Virus record (IMG/VR): IMGVR_UViG_3300024520_000047
Location: 124,001-188,000 of that record
DNA length: 64,000 nt
Reading direction: 5' to 3' (one strand)
The position numbers were made by a program, and so were the translations under genes. Shown here piece by piece: positions 60,050 through 64,000 of the stretch. The first letter of the stretch is position 1. The number at the start of each line of letters is the position of its first letter. The notes below the pieces were generated by a model, which was not told the DNA's origin, searched no databases, and saw only the letters and a list, made by a program, of their open reading frames with translations.

Positions 60050-60502
60050 ATGCCAGATAAAAATTTATATGATAGAACATTTGAGGTTCCTGATAAATGC
60101 ATTGAACATATAAAAAATGCATTTACAAATTTTAATGGTCCAAAAACAACAGAAGGGTATGAACGTGCAAAAAATATTTTAAAAAATCCAAATATTAGTT
60201 TACCCCTATTAAAAAAAATAAATAACTTTTTTAGAAATGAAGAAGAAGGGACTGCACCATATAATTTAACTGGTGGTGATTACGGTAAAAAAATATTTCA
60301 AAAAATGGAGGACCAAGTACGTAGAGGTGAGTCTTCTTCACGTAAAAATAAAATGAGAGGTGGTATGATGAATACCCACTATAAAGAACATGAAAAGGAC
60401 CAAAATGCTAACCCTACGGGTGTAAATGTCCCAAAAGTAGATAGCGTCCCCGCATTAATCGAACAAATAAAGAAAATTAAAAAACTTATAAACTATTTAT
60501 AA
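60050..60502 (+). CDS. Hypothetical protein, probably head-associated
   Basis: RAKNILKNPNISLPLLKKINNFF...GG segment; C-terminal LIEQIKKIKKLI motif. Confidence 0.5.
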   Translation: MPDKNLYDRTFEVPDKCIEHIKNAFTNFNGPKTTEGYERAKNILKNPNISLPLLKKINNFFRNEEEGTAPYNLTGGDYGKKIFQKMEDQVRRGESSSRKNKMRGGMMNTHYKEHEKDQNANPTGVNVPKVDSVPALIEQIKKIKKLINYL

Positions 60503-60512
60503 AAAAAAAGTT

Positions 60513-60836
60513 ATGGCACAAGAACAACAAACAAATCCAGGTGAAAAAATGACAGAAGTTGCAAAAGCAGAAAGAGATAAGCTATTTCCAAAAAACGAGT
60601 ATAGCCCAAAATCAGAATTTTATAGTCCCCAACACCCCAACGCTTTAGCGGATGGTGACGATAAAGGAAGAGGTACTAGCGTATATTTAGGGGTACACGA
60701 CACTAAAACCGGTACAAAACTAGATATTCTTACGAGAGATGATTTAGTAAAAACTAACGCTTACAACTCTAAAAATAACTATTCTGTTCCTGACGATGAG
60801 GCTACAACAGGTACTGTTGGATTAACACCTTCTTAA
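60513..60836 (+). CDS. Hypothetical protein
   Basis: Preceded by TATTTATA (60494-60501). Confidence 0.6.
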   Translation: MAQEQQTNPGEKMTEVAKAERDKLFPKNEYSPKSEFYSPQHPNALADGDDKGRGTSVYLGVHDTKTGTKLDILTRDDLVKTNAYNSKNNYSVPDDEATTGTVGLTPS

Positions 60837-60851
60837 TAAAGTTTTAAGAAA

Positions 60852-61214
60852 ATGAAACTTTACAACACCCTACATTCACTTATATTAGAAGTAGCTTCTA
60901 GGGAAGACACCAAACAAGCTATTGAAAATAAATTAAGGACACTTATTTATTATGAAGGTGATACCGTTAATAACCCAGGGTGGAGAACAATCGAACCAGT
61001 TTGTGCTGGGACAACAAAAAGAAATAATCCAGTTCTTAGAGCATGGCAAACAGAGGGGGCTACAGATACCGAAGTTCCTGGTTGGAAATTTTTTAGATTG
61101 GATAGGATTAGAAATTGGCAACCGACACTGGATGAGTTTACTGAAGCCCGTCCTGGTTACAACCCAAACGGCGATAAAAGTATGAATCAAGTGTGGTTCA
61201 ACGCAAAATTTTAA
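60852..61214 (+). CDS. Stand-alone WYL-like domain protein
   Basis: IYYEG...WRTIEPVCAG...VLRAWQ...WKFFRLDRI. Confidence 0.75.
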   Translation: MKLYNTLHSLILEVASREDTKQAIENKLRTLIYYEGDTVNNPGWRTIEPVCAGTTKRNNPVLRAWQTEGATDTEVPGWKFFRLDRIRNWQPTLDEFTEARPGYNPNGDKSMNQVWFNAKF

Positions 61215-61223
61215 TAAAAAGAA

Positions 61224-61844
61224 ATGGATAAACTACAACAATCTTTATTAAACGCTAAAAGATTTATGGAGCACGATGCATTAAAAAGTGCCTCCCGAAC
61301 AGCATCAACACCACGGACACAAGAACCTGAAATGGGTGAACCAATTATGGCTCACCAAGTACCAAATATGAATATAAATGAAAGTAGTATTCCGTCAGCG
61401 GCACCAGAAATGACAATGGCACCGAAATCAAAAATGACTAAAGAATCTATTTTAAATTCCAAATTGCCCGACGCGATAAAACAAGCAATGTTAAGTAATC
61501 CAATACCTGACCCTATCCCAGATAACGCCTTATCACCCCAATTCATAAATGAAGTTAGTAAAAAAATGAATTCACAAGACTACAGTATAAGTAATATGAG
61601 AGCAACGGCTAATTCAAACGTTAAAAAAGAAATCGTTGACCCCATACCGTCATTAATTCCAGACCCACCACCTACCCCAGATTCAAGTTCTTTAAAAGAA
61701 ACAATTAAAGAATGTTTAAAGGAAATTTTAGAAGAAGAAAATTTAATCGTTGAATCTAAAAATCTAAAAGAAAATTTACAATTACGAGTAGGAAACAAAG
61801 TATTTACAGGAACTATTAAAAATGTAAAAACAATAAAAAAATAA
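61224..61844 (+). CDS. Hypothetical Pro/Ser-rich protein
   Basis: 206-aa ORF; C-terminal LKEILEEENLIVES...LRVGNKVFTG. Confidence 0.55.
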   Translation: MDKLQQSLLNAKRFMEHDALKSASRTASTPRTQEPEMGEPIMAHQVPNMNINESSIPSAAPEMTMAPKSKMTKESILNSKLPDAIKQAMLSNPIPDPIPDNALSPQFINEVSKKMNSQDYSISNMRATANSNVKKEIVDPIPSLIPDPPPTPDSSSLKETIKECLKEILEEENLIVESKNLKENLQLRVGNKVFTGTIKNVKTIKK

Positions 61845-61868
61845 AATACGTTTAAATTTTGTGTTTTT

Positions 61869-61893
61869 ATGGGGACTATTGGTCCCCATTTTT
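61869..61893 (+). terminator. Intrinsic terminator
   Basis: atggggac-tattg-gtccccat followed by tttt. Confidence 0.75.
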
Positions 61894-61895
61894 GT

Positions 61896-61924
61896 TTGAC
61901 AATTTCTTTAATTATGGTTATGTT
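61896..61924 (+). promoter_or_regulatory. Promoter of the glycosyltransferase operon
   Basis: TTGACA-N17-TATGTT(TC). Confidence 0.7.
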
Positions 61925-61951
61925 TCAATGTAACAAAATTAATTTAATAGA

Positions 61952-63175
61952 ATGTCAAAATACAAAATTTTAGTTCTTCCCAGTGACAGAACAGGTGTAT
62001 CCAAATTTAGGTCTGTAGACCCACACGTATGTTTACAAAAATTATATCCAGACGAATTTTGGGTCGATATAGATTATGAACCTAAACTTAATGACGAAAA
62101 TTATTTAAAAAAATATGATTTAATACATTACCATAGGTCATTACACGCCGATTATAAATTATCACAAAAAACTATACCACTATTAAATAAATTAGGGATA
62201 CCACATATTATGGATGTGGATGATTACTGGTTACCCAATATTGAACATCCCGCGTATATGTTAGTAAAAGGTAATGGTATGGACCAACTTATAATGGATA
62301 ACCTCAAATTAGCACAATATGTTACTACTACAACCCCTCTTTTTGCTAAGGAAATAAAAAGATTATGCTCTAATGTACATGTATTGCCCAACGCTATTGA
62401 CCCAAAAGAAAAACAATTTACAGCTAACCCTACAAAAAGTGACCGAATTAGGATTGGGTGGTTGGGGGGTTCTTCACATTTAGCAGACCTTCGTATATTA
62501 GAAGGTGTCGTAGATAAATTACTTCATTTTAAAGATAAAATACAGTTTGTTTTATGTGGTTTTGACACTAGGGGGACTATTACCGAATTTAACCAACAAA
62601 CCAAACAACAAAAACAAAGACCCATTAAACCCAAAGAGTCGGTATGGTTTGAATATGAAAAAATATTTACAGGAAATTATAAATTGGTTGGTGATGAACA
62701 GAAAAAACAATTAATGCAATTTAAATTTGGTGAAGAGTATAAAAATTCTGACACACCTTACCGTAGAGTGTGGACTAAACCCATCACCACATATGCCGAA
62801 AACTATAATAAATTTGATATAAGTTTAGCACCATTAAAACACCATAAATTTAATGAGGTCAAATCTCAATTAAAGGTCATTGAATCTGGATTCCATAAAA
62901 AAGCACTTATCGCACAGAATTTTGGCCCATATCAAATAGACTGTATAAACGCTTATGAACGAGGAGGCACATTTAATAAATCAGGGAACGCTATACTAAT
63001 TGATGAAACTAAAAATCATAAACATTGGTTCCAACAACTTAAAAGACTTATTGAAAATCCAACATTAATTAAGGATTTAGGCGAAAATTTATATGAGACA
63101 GTCCAAAAATATCATATAGAAAATGTAACTAAAGAAAGAGCTCAAATTTATAGAGACATAATAAATAAACACTAA
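61952..63175 (+). CDS. GT-B fold glycosyltransferase (GT4-like)
   Basis: MDVDDYW, VTTTT..FA, VHVLPNAID, RIGWLGGSSH..DL, DISLAPL...FNEVKSQLKVIE. Confidence 0.85.
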   Translation: MSKYKILVLPSDRTGVSKFRSVDPHVCLQKLYPDEFWVDIDYEPKLNDENYLKKYDLIHYHRSLHADYKLSQKTIPLLNKLGIPHIMDVDDYWLPNIEHPAYMLVKGNGMDQLIMDNLKLAQYVTTTTPLFAKEIKRLCSNVHVLPNAIDPKEKQFTANPTKSDRIRIGWLGGSSHLADLRILEGVVDKLLHFKDKIQFVLCGFDTRGTITEFNQQTKQQKQRPIKPKESVWFEYEKIFTGNYKLVGDEQKKQLMQFKFGEEYKNSDTPYRRVWTKPITTYAENYNKFDISLAPLKHHKFNEVKSQLKVIESGFHKKALIAQNFGPYQIDCINAYERGGTFNKSGNAILIDETKNHKHWFQQLKRLIENPTLIKDLGENLYETVQKYHIENVTKERAQIYRDIINKH

Positions 63176-63189
63176 AACTAAAATAAAAG

Positions 63190-63426
63190 ATGTATTACAT
63201 AGCAATTGTCGCATTTGAAACTGGGGTAATAGATAATCAAGGAAACCCAAAAATTAAAAAATTTAAATATATTGTAGAATCAGAATCAGTATATGAAGCT
63301 ACTGAAAGATTAAGTCACTACTTAAGTGAAGATACTAGAGATTCCGAAATTGTTTCTTTAGTTAAAGCTCCCTATGAAGATATTTTACACCCAACTTTAA
63401 CACCAAAATATTATAGTAATGTTTAA
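63190..63426 (+). CDS. DUF4494-like small protein
   Basis: YIAIV.FE.......G.PKIKKFKYIVESES.YEATER...Y...SEIVSL.K pattern recalled from the Bacteroidota family. Confidence 0.55.
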   Translation: MYYIAIVAFETGVIDNQGNPKIKKFKYIVESESVYEATERLSHYLSEDTRDSEIVSLVKAPYEDILHPTLTPKYYSNV

Positions 63427-64000
63427 AAACATCAATAAACTACTTTTTTTAAATATGGAAACTGTTCCATTATCTAAATGTTATGAAGACTTTAGGGATG
63501 ATTACCCTCACCATTATAAATTATGGGTAGAAAGTATTGGAAAAATGTCACACACTAAGGACCAATCGAATCAAAAAAATTTTGACGAGGATACTTCGTG
63601 GATACCCGAGTTTAGTAAAATAATCAGTATTAGTATCGGATTCGTAACTCCAGATGGTGAAAGACATATAAAATCATTTATTTATCACGACGAAAAAAAA
63701 TTATTATTAGAATTAAAAGAAACTTTAGAAAAAGTAGAAAAATTAGGTTTTGACATTTGTGGTCATAATATAAAAAAATTCCATTTACCTTTTATTAATA
63801 AACGAATGATTATTAATGGTATAACACCCCCTAAAATATTGCCTAAATATGACGATAAACCTTGGGAAACAAGAGTAATAGACCTTAAAGAAATGTGGAA
63901 TGTTGGGTACTATAAATCTTATACAACTTTAGATTTGATAATGTTTTCATTAGATTTAGAGCCTAAAAACATAGTAAAAGCTAAAGAGACTATCTTTTCC
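63419..64000 (+). CDS. PolB-exo-related (DnaQ-like) 3'-5' exonuclease homolog, probably inactive; runs off the right edge
   Basis: Manual translation: LFLNMETVP...PEFSKIISISIGF...GHNIKKFHLPFINKRMIINGI...KPWE...DLKEMW. Confidence 0.75.
   Translation, partial: MFKNINKLLFLNMETVPLSKCYEDFRDDYPHHYKLWVESIGKMSHTKDQSNQKNFDEDTSWIPEFSKIISISIGFVTPDGERHIKSFIYHDEKKLLLELKETLEKVEKLGFDICGHNIKKFHLPFINKRMIINGITPPKILPKYDDKPWETRVIDLKEMWNVGYYKSYTTLDLIMFSLDLEPKNIVKAKETIFS

Noticed and set aside
412-61798. Many short opposite-strand ORFs in the track (e.g. 412-894, 4574-4834, 10008-10577, 39085-39450, 43744-44112, 54596-55027)
   Set aside because: They lie antisense to well-supported genes, have shadow-like composition and lack motifs or leaders
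1-64000. CRISPR array, tRNA or rRNA genes
   Set aside because: No regularly spaced repeats or cloverleaf-like sequence; intergenic gaps are short and AT-rich
1-64000. Stop-codon reassignment
   Set aside because: Long conserved genes are intact under code 11 and TAG/TGA act as normal stops

Overview
64 kb, strongly AT-rich segment of a large T4-like contractile-tailed (myovirus) phage, probably a jumbo phage. It uses the standard genetic code and about 95% of it is coding. The host is inferred to be Bacteroidota from Shine-Dalgarno-less A-rich leaders, TAnnTTT promoter boxes and a DUF4494-like gene. Contents, left to right: (1) baseplate gp6/gp25; (2) replication operon (class II RNR, DnaB-like helicase, 5'-3' exonuclease, FKBP PPIase, CDGSH Fe-S protein, RecA, SSB); (3) baseplate hub and tail module, including a 2176-aa protein ending in an amidase, a 1696-aa protein with an OmpA-like insert, a tape measure, a chaperone pair, tube and sheath, interrupted by a Mom-like gene and a HAD/kinase/HAD trio; (4) neck genes with a SNF2 helicase, then PolB; (5) about 18 kb of fibre and LamG paralogs; (6) probable head-associated genes, a WYL protein, a glycosyltransferase and a degenerate exonuclease. 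Most notable unexplained signals: a (S/T)-(G/A)-x-T motif strongly enriched in virion proteins (candidate glycosylation sequon), (I/L)-x-E leaders on small enzymes (candidate capsid-packaged cargo), a TATTTAT(A/T) late-promoter-like motif, a candidate +1 frameshift in the tail chaperones, and apparent GATC avoidance. All family assignments come from manual motif recognition; no database search was run.
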